A stretch of 64,000 nucleotides of DNA, from the NCBI GenBank assembly GCA_051362555.1, contig CM120643.1, forward strand, positions 5,518,001-5,582,000, in the 5' to 3' direction. Source of the DNA: Lingula anatina. Its lineage: Eukaryota > Animalia > Brachiopoda. Under the pieces are notes generated by a model. That model had not been told where the DNA came from. It saw nothing but the letters and a program-made list of their open reading frames with translations, and did no database searches. Every line of letters begins with the position of its first letter. Positions within the stretch are counted from its first letter, which is position 1. A program made the translations under genes and the position numbers. Below, piece by piece: positions 49,640-62,042 of this stretch.

Positions 49640-50090
49640 CAGGGTGTCCTGCGATGTCTCCCAAATATGTTTGTCATTTTCAGTGAAATTAATATTTAAT
49701 TTAAGGTGAATTATAATTCAGCAGATTGGAGCAACAACACATTGCTCAAATATCACTGACGTTACTACCCAGGAGACAGGCTCGCCTTTTGTTCCGTCGT
49801 ACGGACCATCCCTGAGCTGCACATCCGCCAGACTTAACCCCCCTGGACTTTTCTGTGGGATAACATATCAAAACAGGGTCTACACTAACAATTCCCAAAC
49901 TATTGACACTGTTAAGGATAATATTCGAAGGGAGATTAGGTGCATTCCCCGTGAAATATTAGACAGGATTATGGCTAACTGAAATGTGCGTGACACGGTG
50001 TAGCCCCCATGGTTCAACGCTGAGGTGCTTGGATCGAGCACATTATATGCTATTGAGGTGTGTTACACCATACCAACCTTACATGCCCTG
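49640..50090 (+). mobile_element. Internally deleted Tc1/mariner-superfamily remnant
   Basis: Starts CAGGGTGTCC (TIR-like). Degraded translations resemble FQQ.GATTH, HPPDL.PLDF..WG, K.RVYTNNSQTIDTVKDNIRREIRCIPREIL and GAWIEHII, the mariner-like C-terminal catalytic region. Many frameshifts. Confidence 0.7.
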
Positions 50091-52675
50091 CATACTTGTA
50101 GGACAGGTGCATAGTGTAATTACAAAATGAACAGTACAATCTTGAGTAAAAAGGCGTGGTGATAATTTGCACGCATGCACTTGTTTTACATATTTTTTGC
50201 TTTAAATTGTACCGCATTTTGTACAAACGTACTTGCAGCGGGTGCATATGTACCTGTAGTCTAGAAAACACAGGTAACACATGCGTTGATTTTAATATCG
50301 TAAAGAATAAACACATACTGTTTTCTGATAGGAGAACCACATATTTCAGTTAAAATGCTGCCTCCACTCCTGTATCCTCATATATCCCTTTAATTTAGGT
50401 TACCTTGTTCCCCGGTATGCGGCGTGCCTTGACCTGCTGCTATTCCTGTATGACCCTTCCGGAAGACATTTCTGTTCCATGTTGTACTATCCTGTGTTAT
50501 AAAGTTAGGTATTTCTCGTGCTTTGATTACTGCTACTTAAAAAGAAAATGACCTGACAGGAGGTGAGCCTAACTATTTTATGTGTTGACACACAAACTTT
50601 TGATCGGTTCAGAAAGAAATTGCAATACACCTGTGTGAGTGTGCCAATTTGAAATAAATTTTATAACATCAAATTTAATCAACTGCTGACCTTATAATTT
50701 ATTTGGTATCAACCTGATATACGTCAAGACGCAGAGTCCGACTTTTAATATTACAGTCGATATGAAATCAGTAGGCCTATTAGCGATTTATTTAGATAGT
50801 TAGTGTTACTAGAGTGAAAAGGTCTGTTAAAATTGGGGTGGGGTGGGGTGTGGGGAAGGTCATATAGATGGGGTTTATTATTGGCACTCATTGGTCTAGT
50901 GCTGGGTCTCAAATTCGAATCGTACATGTAAGTGACTAATAGTGCTATAATTTGATAGCACGGAGATGAAATGTACCCGGTATACCCAAACTATTTCAGT
51001 CTATCGCAAAGGACAAAGCAGGGAAGCTAAAAGAATTGATAAATTTAACAAAAAAGGAATTGACTCAACTTTCATTTTCACTAATTACTTGTGAAATTAC
51101 CAAGACGGGAAATAATCCCTTTGCATGGAAAATATTGGTGTGATAGAGGGTTGTGGTATAAAGGTGTGGTATAAAGATAAAGTCTAAATGAAGCAAAAAT
51201 GAGCCTTCATTAATGGACAATATTAATTTACCAGGAATCAAATGCCTGAAGGTGTAATATGGGTTGTCCCCGTAAATTCCTCTTCCACGAGAAGAACGAA
51301 CCCCTTCTCATGTCAGATAGTTAAATGCCACGGTTATAAATCAAGACGTCTTATGGCATGTTTTAGATTTTTTTCCGTTTGAAAATGTTTTTGTGTAAAC
51401 GGGCGTAATCTCGCATCCTGGGCTTCGCTGGTTAATTGTTCATCTTTGAAATCTGTGCTGACGGCCGGCTCTGACAATACACATGTTATGATTTCGTTAC
51501 TGACACTTTATCAGCAGCTGTTCGGCAATTATGAGTTTTTTCTAGAAATTTATGTTGGGCTTTATGAAATCTGATCAGCGCACAGGTGTGTGTATGTGTG
51601 TGAGTGTGTACGTGTGTGTGTGTGTGTAATTCCTTCAAACCCTTTTATGGAAACTGAAATCTGGCCTAGTAATCTGGCCCAGTAATCTAACCGAGTATCA
51701 ACCTCGTTCTGCGAAGTGGAATTTTAGATCTTTAAAAGAAAAATCTGAAAGGTAACTCTCTGTCGAGTTTGCGAAAGGTCAACATTCTCAAAAGCTGCGT
51801 CATTATAACCATTCTTTATTTCAAAAAGTTGAAAATTGAGTCAATTGGCGAAGGAAAAAAATCACTTTTAAAATATTGTATATTTTCAATATAAATTCAA
51901 ACTTACCAAAATAACTTCAAGATAGTTTCCATGTGTTTTGAAAAGAAAAGAACTGTTCATGTGGACGAACATGTACCGGTACAGGTAAACAATCATGAGT
52001 AAATTATTGAGCAAAATGCGACCCAAACGCTTACATAAATAGATAAAATAAATAAGTGAAAAATGATGTTCAAACATGTTTTCCGTATTTGGTGATTGAA
52101 ATTGGCGAAAATTACATTCGACAACAATGAAATAACTGAAAGACATTTGCGGTTTTATATAGCAGAATACATGTAGGCATATAATTTGACGGACGTAGTT
52201 CTAAGGTGATAAAGAATCTGACTAAGGCCTCCGTAAATCACCGGCCCAGCTGCCAGAAAAACCCAGCGTAAATCGTGTCTTATCAACGTGCCAGCCCTGC
52301 CTGAACCATCAGTAATGTGGATTCCCACGTGATAAGATGTCGTCTGCTTATATGATGACGTCATCGAACATAGCAATGCATCGATGATTCACGATGTAAT
52401 ACATTCTTAACGAAATAAAACTGAATTTTTGAAAATTTTGAAAATGAAAGATAACTGTTCAGCCCTATTCTGAGGTTTAGGTTAATTAGTCTTTTCTAAA
52501 ATACACAAAGAAAATAAAAAAGAAAGGGTCGAATAATAAATAGGCCTAAAGAAAGAAAACCGATATGTTGGTATTCATGTCATGACATCATATGCCTATG
52601 CACAGGTGTTCAAAGTGTCAGCCACGTTTATCTTACTGATGATAAATGATATTCCTTGCAAAGTCGTCAGTGAAT

Positions 52676-52975
52676 ATCATCATCATCATCATTATCTTCA
52701 TCATTCAGAGCCCAAAGTGTTCCACTGTTGGACAAAGGCCTCAGCATGCTTCTTCCAGTGTTTTCTGTCTTGGGCTTCACTCTTCCAGTTTGGTGTTTTC
52801 CAGTAACCTACATATAACACATCCCTCCATCTCTTACGAGGCTTCCCTTGTTTCCTATGTCCATATCTTGGTGTCCATTCTGTCAGCCTTATTGTCCATC
52901 TGTCATCTTTTATCCTACTGACTTGTCCTTTCCTTCCCAACTCCATTCCATTTTTTAATTGTAAGCAGCACATTC
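52676..52975 (-). mobile_element. RTE-clade LINE 3' end
   Basis: GQVSRIKDDRWTIRLTEWTPRYGHRKQGKPRKRWRD...WKSEAQDRKHWKKHAEAFVQQW is the typical RTE ORF C-terminus. It is followed by a (TGA)n tail, seen as (CAT)n at 52676-52704 on the + strand. Confidence 0.88.
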
Positions 52976-54920
52976 TTCACCTTGGTCTGTTCTCTTCATG
53001 AATATAATGAATGTAATATAACAGAATGTGCAGGTTGACAAGCAAAGACTGAAATAACTAAATACAATGACTAGAAAACCCCACTATTCCATTTATATAT
53101 ATATATCCGTAGTATTTCTATCAAAATACCATAAGAAGAAAGATATTTTAGGTCAATTTAAAAAAAATTCTTCACCGTTACAGTGATATTGGAGAATATC
53201 TGGTATTAAAATGATTCAAAATTTTCGAATCCTGGTATTTATCTTTACACGTACAAAATTTTTCATGCGGAATACATTTTAAATTCATTAGTTGACTGGA
53301 TGTGAAAAACAGAAATCGAGATCACGTTCGAAGGCTTTTAATGAATTATTTCGACGACAAAAAAACATGAGTAAATGTTGATGAAAATTTTTAAAATATA
53401 GATAAATATATAAATAAAGAGATAGAAAATACAATGAAAAATATCTATAAGGCGTTTTCGTATAGTATCGCCAATGGATTAAAGATAAATTTGATTTTGG
53501 TAAATATAGAAATGGTATGGCGAACGCAATCATTGTGTGTTTACCTCGTTTTTATGTAACCGTGATTTCAGACAGTCAAAGATAGCTGGGGTCGACATGA
53601 TTTCCTTTCATTTACACCATGAAGAAATCATTTCATGCGGAAATGTTTACATTTCATAGCATGAGTTACAGGTTGAAATTTCACAGTATGGCTGAATACA
53701 GTAAATCGTAGCGCAGGCACTATATAGTGTCATTATCGTTATCACACAGTTGGACGCTCACGTGCGACCACACCCAAGGTTTTTGAGTTCTGACAGTCAC
53801 TCTCCGCAATGCTAACGTACGTGTATAATTGTCGTCATCCTCCTTCAGCTCCCTCTTTTGTTTAACATTTCTGTATTTGACTGCTCCCCCCCCCCCCGGA
53901 CTCTCGCTTTCTAAGCACTGTCACCGGTAAGAGACCCTGCAGCGAACTCGATACATTCTGGATATGACGCACCTGTTTGTGGTAATAACGTGCATTTTTG
54001 TGATATCATCTGGAATAGGTTATTATAAGAACCCGTCATAGCAGAAACTGTTACTCATTACAACAAAATCCCCTTAGCTTTGGAAAACCGATATTCCATA
54101 TGAATGCGTAGCGTTCCGACTTCCAAAGTAGGCCTACTCATACTAACTGTTATGGAATGGTGTTAACACCCAGAATAGGTATAGTTTCTTGAACTTGTAT
54201 ACTTACACACTATAAATCATACATATATGCATGTAAATCCATTCATTTGTTTGCTAGTTCCCAATTTTTATTCGCAGTTATCAGCGCAAACCAGTGTGCT
54301 ACACACTTACCCTTTCCTGTCTTTGCTGTTGAAAATCTGAAGCACATACGCACAATTAAAAATATATAGCATATTAGGTACCCTTCTATTGTAAAGAAAA
54401 TAATCAACATAAGAGGAAAATTATGAGAAACATAAAATATAGTTTTAAAAAGCGATATCTCCCACCTTGTGGTTGCACGTATTCGTTTTGAAAATGATGA
54501 TTCAAATGTATAGTCGGTTGGAAATTTTCTCTGGCGGGTAGCTTTGTCCGCGGCAGAGTGCATATCGCAGCAGACACAACCGGCAAGGTAGATAATGGGC
54601 GCAACTACCTGCATCACATCTAACGCATTTTGTGCCTAGATACTCTTTTGTCGTGTCAAGCACAATGGCCCCATCTTGCCCCCATAATATTTTCACCTGC
54701 AAGTTAAGTGCAGATTTAAAAAAGAATGATGGAAGGCGTTTAAGTTCATCTGTTTATTTTAAATATCATTAAAATGACATGTAATGCTGAAATGAGAAAG
54801 CGTACTTGTCTTGAAAACAAAATTCCGGTCATTATTTTCATGTCCGGTTATAAGTACATGTAAGATAACATTTTAATCTGAAAAGACCTTGATCCACCAC
54901 ATGCTATTAGTGACTAGTGA

Positions 54921-54922
<2 letters not shown>

Positions 54923-54959
<37 letters not shown>

Positions 54960-55000
54960 GAGAGAGAGAGAGAGAGGGAGAGAGAGAGAGAGAGAGAGAG
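54923..55000. repeat. (TG)n-(AG)n microsatellite
   Basis: Read directly from the sequence. Confidence 0.9.
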
Positions 55001-56603
55001 GTTTGTGTTTGAGACACAAAATATCGTTCTACGTAGATCGACCCTACTTCGAGGGAGGACTCTCGCTGAATGCGATCAGATTGACAGGATCGATTTACGT
55101 AGAATGAAAATTTTATTGGGAATGAGCCGTAAGGGTTGAATGTTATCACATTAAACGAATGAGACGCTTCCTCGAGCAGCTACAGGGTGATTAACGTTTA
55201 TGTGCATTCGATCGCACTCAAAACGAAGCAAAAAAGCTTCCAGAAGAAGAACTTTATACGGCAATCAAAATGTGTCAAACGATCTTGCGTCGCGCGTGAC
55301 TCCTCTTTCGAATATCTTGAAATCTGTCAAAAAAGATACATGTATCATCTGTTCCTAAGAGTTATAGCTCCAACATTTCATCTGAACAGGAAAAAATCCG
55401 CCTACATACTCAAACTTTCAGTAAAAAAAACAGTTACCGGTTGTATTTGATCCTGTTTACAATATATCCCAATAAATACTGTTTACTTAGTAACAATGAT
55501 ACAATTATATTGATTATCATTAACGTTGTTATCTGTATCAATTTCCACTGGAATAACTCCCATTGCCATAATCGTTATTTATTGTTGGAAATAGCTCGGT
55601 TATGCCAGACATCAGTCTATGTTAGCTGCTACTGAATTGGAAGATAGGAGTCGTGAGCTGACCGTGCTTGAATGCTTGTATTTGTTTTTACATATATATC
55701 TAAAGTAGCTGAAAATAAACTGATAATCACTATTTAAATCGTATAAACTGATAGTCAGCGTAAGCCATGAAACATCCGCTTTTTCTTTGCTTTCTGTTGC
55801 AGGTGTATTGCCGTCTTCGTGGCATCTATTGAACAGAAGGCCAGACCACCTTCATATGGTGTGCATTGCTTTGGAGCTGATAAAAGTAAGTTATGAATTA
55901 AAGTATGAATAAGAAACTTAGGGGGAGACCCCCAAGGGGACCAGTGTCTGAGAGATCTGTCTATTCGAGTGATGGAGGCGCAGTGAAGTGGCGTTCTTTT
56001 TAGCTAATTTTCCTTCTTTTTATTCATTAAGATAAGCGGTGCAAAGAGATGCGGACTTTTTCTATGTCCTTAGCGTTGAATACGATTTACATCATACGAA
56101 TTAAACATAAAATATTTATATATTTTAAACAATATGTCACCCTGATATATCATTATGATGGTAAGTGATTCATTCAAATTCTTTGAAGCATCACAAACTT
56201 TCCATTGTACACGGTGCTGTCCAGAGATTGCAGTAGATGAGCGGGTGAGCCGTAATAATGCTACGCATTGTTTGCGAGAATGTATAGGTTGGGGATGGCG
56301 TGCTTCTGAATTTTGATACAATTACCAAATCCGGGAAGATTCTTTTTACGTGTCTGTCAGTATAAGAATTCGTTTCTATTTTAGATCATGTTATTATTAT
56401 ATAACACACAGGCATTCCACATGTAAAAATTATCGGTTGCGTTTGCTCTCAGATTCAGACCTCGATGTAGACCATGAATAAAACTGGTTTTGGATTATTG
56501 AGAGTTGAACCACTTGCCCCTAACCGTGTGCAGTTGGCCACATTTGCTGCGTATTGCCCTTTTCTGTGGATGAAACGAGGGCTCAAAGAAAAGGAAACGA
56601 CTA

Positions 56604-56860
56604 CAGTGGCGGATTTAGGGGGGTGTCAGGGGGGATCCTGACTCCCCCTTTGATTTCTGAAAAAAATCACACAAAAAAGGTCCCCTCTTCGAATTAGAAT
56701 TTTGACTAGCTGAATCATAGTTCTAAACAGAACCAAATAGCACCGTTCCCCCTCTAAAATACCAAAATTTTTCGGGGCCCCGAACCCCACGCCAGGAAGG
56801 GGGGTGTCGGCTTCGCATCCGCAGACAACCCCCCCCCCCCCCCCCCTTCAAATAAACTGG
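56604..56860 (+). mobile_element. hAT-like MITE copy 1 (CAGTGGCGGATTTAG end)
   Basis: Reverse-complement homolog of 58824-59106 over ~250 bp. Its inner end is disrupted. Confidence 0.75.
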
Positions 56861-57037
56861 CACCAAATAATAAACGAAAATTTATATTATGGCACATGGG
56901 AGACTAACTTGTCACACTGAATGGTTAAGTTTAAATATCCTGAATGTCAGTCACTGAGGAGTAGGCCTAATGATAAAGTGACTTGTTAGTCTCTCTTGTG
57001 CCATACTATAAATTTCCGTTTAATATTTAGTGTCAGT
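56857..57037. mobile_element. ~180-bp foldback MITE
   Basis: ~60-bp imperfect inverted arms: ACTGGCACCAAATAATAAACGAAAATTTATATTATGGCACATGGGAGACTAAC versus GTTAGTCTCTCTTGTGCCATACTATAAATTTCCGTTTAATATTTAGTGTCAGT. Confidence 0.75.
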
Positions 57038-57169
57038 CGTTTTTTTCCTTTGAGCTATCGTTTGATCTATAGATACAGTATGCTAGTGTAAAATAAACTG
57101 GCATAAAAAAATTGCTTGGGAAGGGGGGAGGGTACAGGGGTGAATATAGTCCTCTGTAAACAGCATAAT

Positions 57170-58480
57170 GATTTGTGACCATGCTACAGTGCAATGCCAA
57201 TGAACAAAATTTGGAGCCTTTGTCACATTTTCAGAAAATTATGTAATTGAATATGCCTTCTTTGAAAGTTGGGGTAGGGGAGAGAAAACGCTTAGTATAT
57301 CAAAACGGTAAAAAAATAACGGATTATATGTCATTAAGGAGGCGAGTGATAGGAAAATTTATGTCATAAGCAATGAATGCATGACAAGGGCAAGGGTCTT
57401 TGATAATGAGTCAAAGGTCACATGAGGTCATATTTTATGGATTTTTCATAAATTAAACAAATACTTGTTTTAAAAAGAATGTTTGTGTAAGAAATTGGTA
57501 TTTATTGAAGAATTGGTGACCATGCTACAGTGCAATGCTTGTGAGGAAAATTTGGAGCCACAAGTGTCTTATTTTAGAAATTTGTGTTTACTTATTAAAT
57601 ATGAACCTAACAGTGAAACTACACCCCCTTTGAAAGTGGGGATAGGGGAGAGAAACTGCTCACAATTGGACAGGAGAAGAAGAAACAGCAACACAATGTA
57701 AATATTTATGCAGCCTAAGGATAGGACTATTTATTTCTTTATAAAGACACATGTAAACAAAGTCATGACTCATTTGAATTAGTTCAGAAGGGTCAGCCGG
57801 GATGAATTTAAATTTCTTATGAATATGATGCTAAAACACCAGTAAAAGATTATTTAGTGGTTTAAAGAAATTATATTTAGAGATAACTTGATATTACATG
57901 ACAATTTATGACTAATGCATTTAGTTTGAGATTGTTTCTTAATTTATGAGTTTTTAATATGCATATATAATGTCAAGTTAGAAATGGGGCCTTTTGTAAA
58001 AAGGAGTATTGGGTTAATTTTTTTATTGTTATTTGTAAGTTGAAATACAGGTTATTCTTTTGCAACTTAACCAATTTCCTGAAAATACACTCTCTATGAA
58101 AGTAGGGGTATGGGAGAGAAACTGCTCTTCATTTGAAGACAAAAGAAGATACGGCAGTAAAATGCACATATTTTTTGCAGCTTTAGGATAGGACAATTAA
58201 TTTCTTGTTTAAAACACTTGTGAACAAAGTCATGCCTCATTACAATTAGGTCAAAAGGTCAGCGGGTGTATAAAAAAAAGCAAAAATTTAAGCTTTTTAA
58301 TAAATATGAACTTAAACAACATTAAAAGAGAACATTTTATATTATATAAATTTTTTTTTTTTTGCTATAATTTAATGTTTTGTGACTATTTAAGACTAGC
58401 TCATTGTGTCAGAGGCCCTTTCTTTAATTTTTATATTTTTTTAATTTGCTTATGACTTCAATTTAAGTAAACACACAAAC
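57170..58480. repeat. Degenerate tandem array of ~370-470-bp units
   Basis: GAAAGTnGGGnTAnGGGAGAGAAA recurs at ~57264, ~57632 and ~58098. GTGACCATGCTACAGTGCAATGC occurs at ~57175 and ~57516. Units 2 and 3 align over ~400 bp. Confidence 0.75.
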
Positions 58481-58823
58481 TTTCTGTTATATGGAGTCAT
58501 TTAATTTGGAAGAAATAAGGTAAATCACTATTGTACCATATCTAAAAGATATCCATCTATTTTTTCTCATATATACCACATATTACCGTGCATTCATGGG
58601 TTAAGACTGGTAGGTCAAGGATCATCCACGCTCACTTTATGGCACTAAAATCTAAGCATTATATGTAAATTGCAAAGCGATTTAATGATTTATAGGTGAT
58701 ATTTTATATTTTAAAAATATATTTGGTTTTAGTACTGACAGTTTTTGTAAAGCAAAAACAATTTTGAAATTTGTATGATTGAATACAACATCCTGTATAA
58801 ATGATATTTTGCTGTTCGACATC

Positions 58824-59106
58824 CAGGGGTGGATCCAGGATTAGTTGAAGGGGGGGGGGTCCGGAACGACAGGCTTCAGATGCAAAGCCGACCGTCGCCC
58901 CCTTCGTCTGGGGTTCGGGGCCTACTCAAATTTTTGGTGTTTTGGAGAGCAAACAGTGCCCTTTGGTATGGTTTAGAACTACGATTTAACTAGTCAAAAT
59001 TCTAATTTTAAGAGGGGAATATTGGTGTGATATATTTTTCAGAAACCGAAGGGGGGTCAGGACACACACACACACACACCCCGACACCCCTCTAAATCCG
59101 CCACTG
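58824..59106 (-). mobile_element. hAT-like MITE copy 2 (complete, ~283 bp)
   Basis: Termini CAGGGGTGGATCCAG ... CTAAATCCGCCACTG (imperfect TIRs). No 8-bp TSD is visible. Confidence 0.75.
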
Positions 59107-61208
59107 TATCTACGCTTGTACTTTGTACAAGCAAAGCAAGAAGTCTCTGGCAGTGAATCGTGAACTGCTGCTGCCACTCCAACATAAAGTAGATATTGCA
59201 AATATATATCGGCACATGAATAAATAAGATATCAGACAACTTTCATAGAAAATATTCTGAACTTTAATTAAATCTGGAGATTCTTTTATCTATTATCATT
59301 TCAAATTTACATGTACGTTAAATCTCGGCACGTTCGTCTTCATCACCATCACACTTCCGTGGCAGTCCGAAGCACGAAGTTCAAACAGTATCAAAACCGT
59401 AAATAGAAGTCCTTACGTAGGAAACATCGCGCTAGAGAACAGGTTTAATCAAGGCATTCTTGTTAGCGGTTTTGTCATTAATTTAGAGAATCACGAACAA
59501 GTCTATCTATAACAAAGCAATAGTTAGGCCTACATGAACATCACAAATTTTACTTTTCAGAATTAATACCAGAAAAAATAATGATAAATAATGATTTAAA
59601 ACCAGTACGACTAAAAACTAGTTATAATTAATTTTTTGAATGATATCGGTACTTTGTCTAGACATGGCAAGACTACGTGAAAACGACATACACTAATGCG
59701 CACGCGATCAAAAATATCAAGATCAGATGAAAATTATAATAAAGTACGGAATGTGCAGACCAGCACACTCAACAATTGTGGGCTTGGATACAAAACTGAT
59801 CCTCCCGGTTGCCAACGTTCTCAATTCAGATCTATCATTTAAAATGAAATATCTTATTGTACAAAATATAATATAGACTTCGGTCGAATAATCTAGCTAT
59901 GTGTAATACATAGTGCTACAGAATAATCAAAATAGAAAAATCAAGACTTCATGGACAAGAACAGTCACAAGAGAATTCACCCCCCCCCCCCCCCCCCCAC
60001 CAATACGCCCCCTTTCTAGTATTGATACCAGCGTGTGTAGGAGTGTGAAAGTTATGTGAAAGTAGGTCAAAAGTTCACGGATAGGGTATGCCATGTAAGG
60101 ATTGTTAGGGGAGATAGATTACCTCTTTTTGCGTAATTATCATTCTGCCAATTTAGAGAAGAAATATCAGTATCTTTCATTGCACTTAGTAAAAATAAAT
60201 TCTAATATGTCAATTTTCTATCCTTTGTCACGTAATTCGTCAGATGTAATTAAATTCAAGAAATTCCTAGAAAACCTTTACCCCCTCTTGTGAATGCAAT
60301 GTGTCGCCTGCAGAGCATCAGCGTCTGCCACCACGCTGGATGATTCTCGCTTCCCGGGACCTGAACAGTTAACGTGGTCTGAATTTTTTTGAGGGAGAGT
60401 CAGATGAAATAGAGAGGGACCGTAGCTTTTATAATGTTCTACATGGTGAAGCTGGAGATGTGGGCTAGTTTTACTTTCTTTTAAATAGTTTGCAATATAC
60501 TCTGACTTTTAGTATCCCTATGCAACCAAAATATTTTGCTGGCATCTTGATACATTTTCCATTTCTGTCTCCCCCATAAATCGGTCCACTCTAAAAAATC
60601 AATAATCGTATGGCAATTTTATACAGGCAATTGACCTACTTTTATACCCATGCAGCTATTGTCGAGTATTATGGCTGTGGAGTGAAAACGTGATACACGT
60701 CTGTGATGTAAAAGTTATTTCTAATTACATTACTTACAAACAATGCATGTGGATCAAAGGTGTCCCGATTTGTGAGCAAATGAGGTCATTACATTTTGAA
60801 AATAACGAAAAAATTGGAGAAAAGCCAAAATCAGAAAAAATGCATTTTTTTCTCTTATATGCAAATTAGGTTCCTTGAAGTAATATATGACTGGCCGGAA
60901 GTGATGTTCATATCAGAGATTTGTAACGATGATGATCTTGATGGCCTTGATGTTTTTAATGGTGATTCAAAAAACCTTATCAAAGTTTTCAGTTGTCATC
61001 TGGTGAGAAAGAAATTTTCTGCACTAACACAATCATTCCACGAGTGAAAAATAATTAGTAAACGCGCCTCAGAGTTGCACTGCTGACGTTACGGCTTTTG
61101 GGTGAAAATCGCACGCAATATTTGATTATAATTATGATATGTAGGTAAAAAAAAAATGCGTGTCTAATATTTCCAAGTGAGTGAAAATGAATATTGGCAA
61201 ACCATTAA

Positions 61209-61976
61209 TAGTCCGGTTGCTTAGGGCAAAAAAAAATGGCCAAATCGTGACACGGCGGATAAAAGCACCAAATTTTGCATATGTGGGTACCTTTTAACAT
61301 ACTAAATCAAATTAGAGCCGTAGCCCACGGAAAAAAAATTACCGTTTGGCCAAAAAATCCAAAATGGCCGCCAATTTGTGAAATTCTGTAGAAATATATA
61401 CATACCTATGTTGATTTTTATCAAATAAAGTATTTTCTCAATGTTTTCCACATCCTTATTACCCATATTATGCATATATGTCAGATAACAAACGAGTGTA
61501 CTTGGACTTTTTGAAAAATCCAAGATGGCCGCCGTATGGCATAGGAATACTAGGGCATGTACAAGGGTTTTCAACTAATGCCAAATAGGAAGATGCATGG
61601 CCCACTATCTAATTAATTTTGTTTCTGAGTGCCTTATTACAGAAATAATATATTTGTGGTGAGTAACTAACCTTTATTCTCAGGCATTTCGAGAAAAATC
61701 CAAGATGGCCGCCATATCAAAGGAACACTATAGTATACACATAGGGCTTCTTCTGCCATGGAGATATAATATTAATTGATAAATTAGGTTTGTTTCTGAG
61801 TAGTTTCCACGTCTTTTTAATCCACATAATATATATATGAGGAGAATGTTATGTGTATCCTTTTTGAAAACAAAACAAAACAAAATGTCTGCCATTAGCC
61901 ATAGAAGGTGGGGTTAAGTTAATACCTGCGAGAGAAAGGGTTCCAAATAAAATGAAGCTAAATTCAGTTGTTTTTC

Positions 61977-62042
<66 letters not shown>

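Noticed and set aside
50882-50922. tRNA/SINE-like A box (TGGTCTAGTG) and B box-like ATTCGAATC
   Set aside because: The spacing is too short and there is no cloverleaf or acceptor stem.
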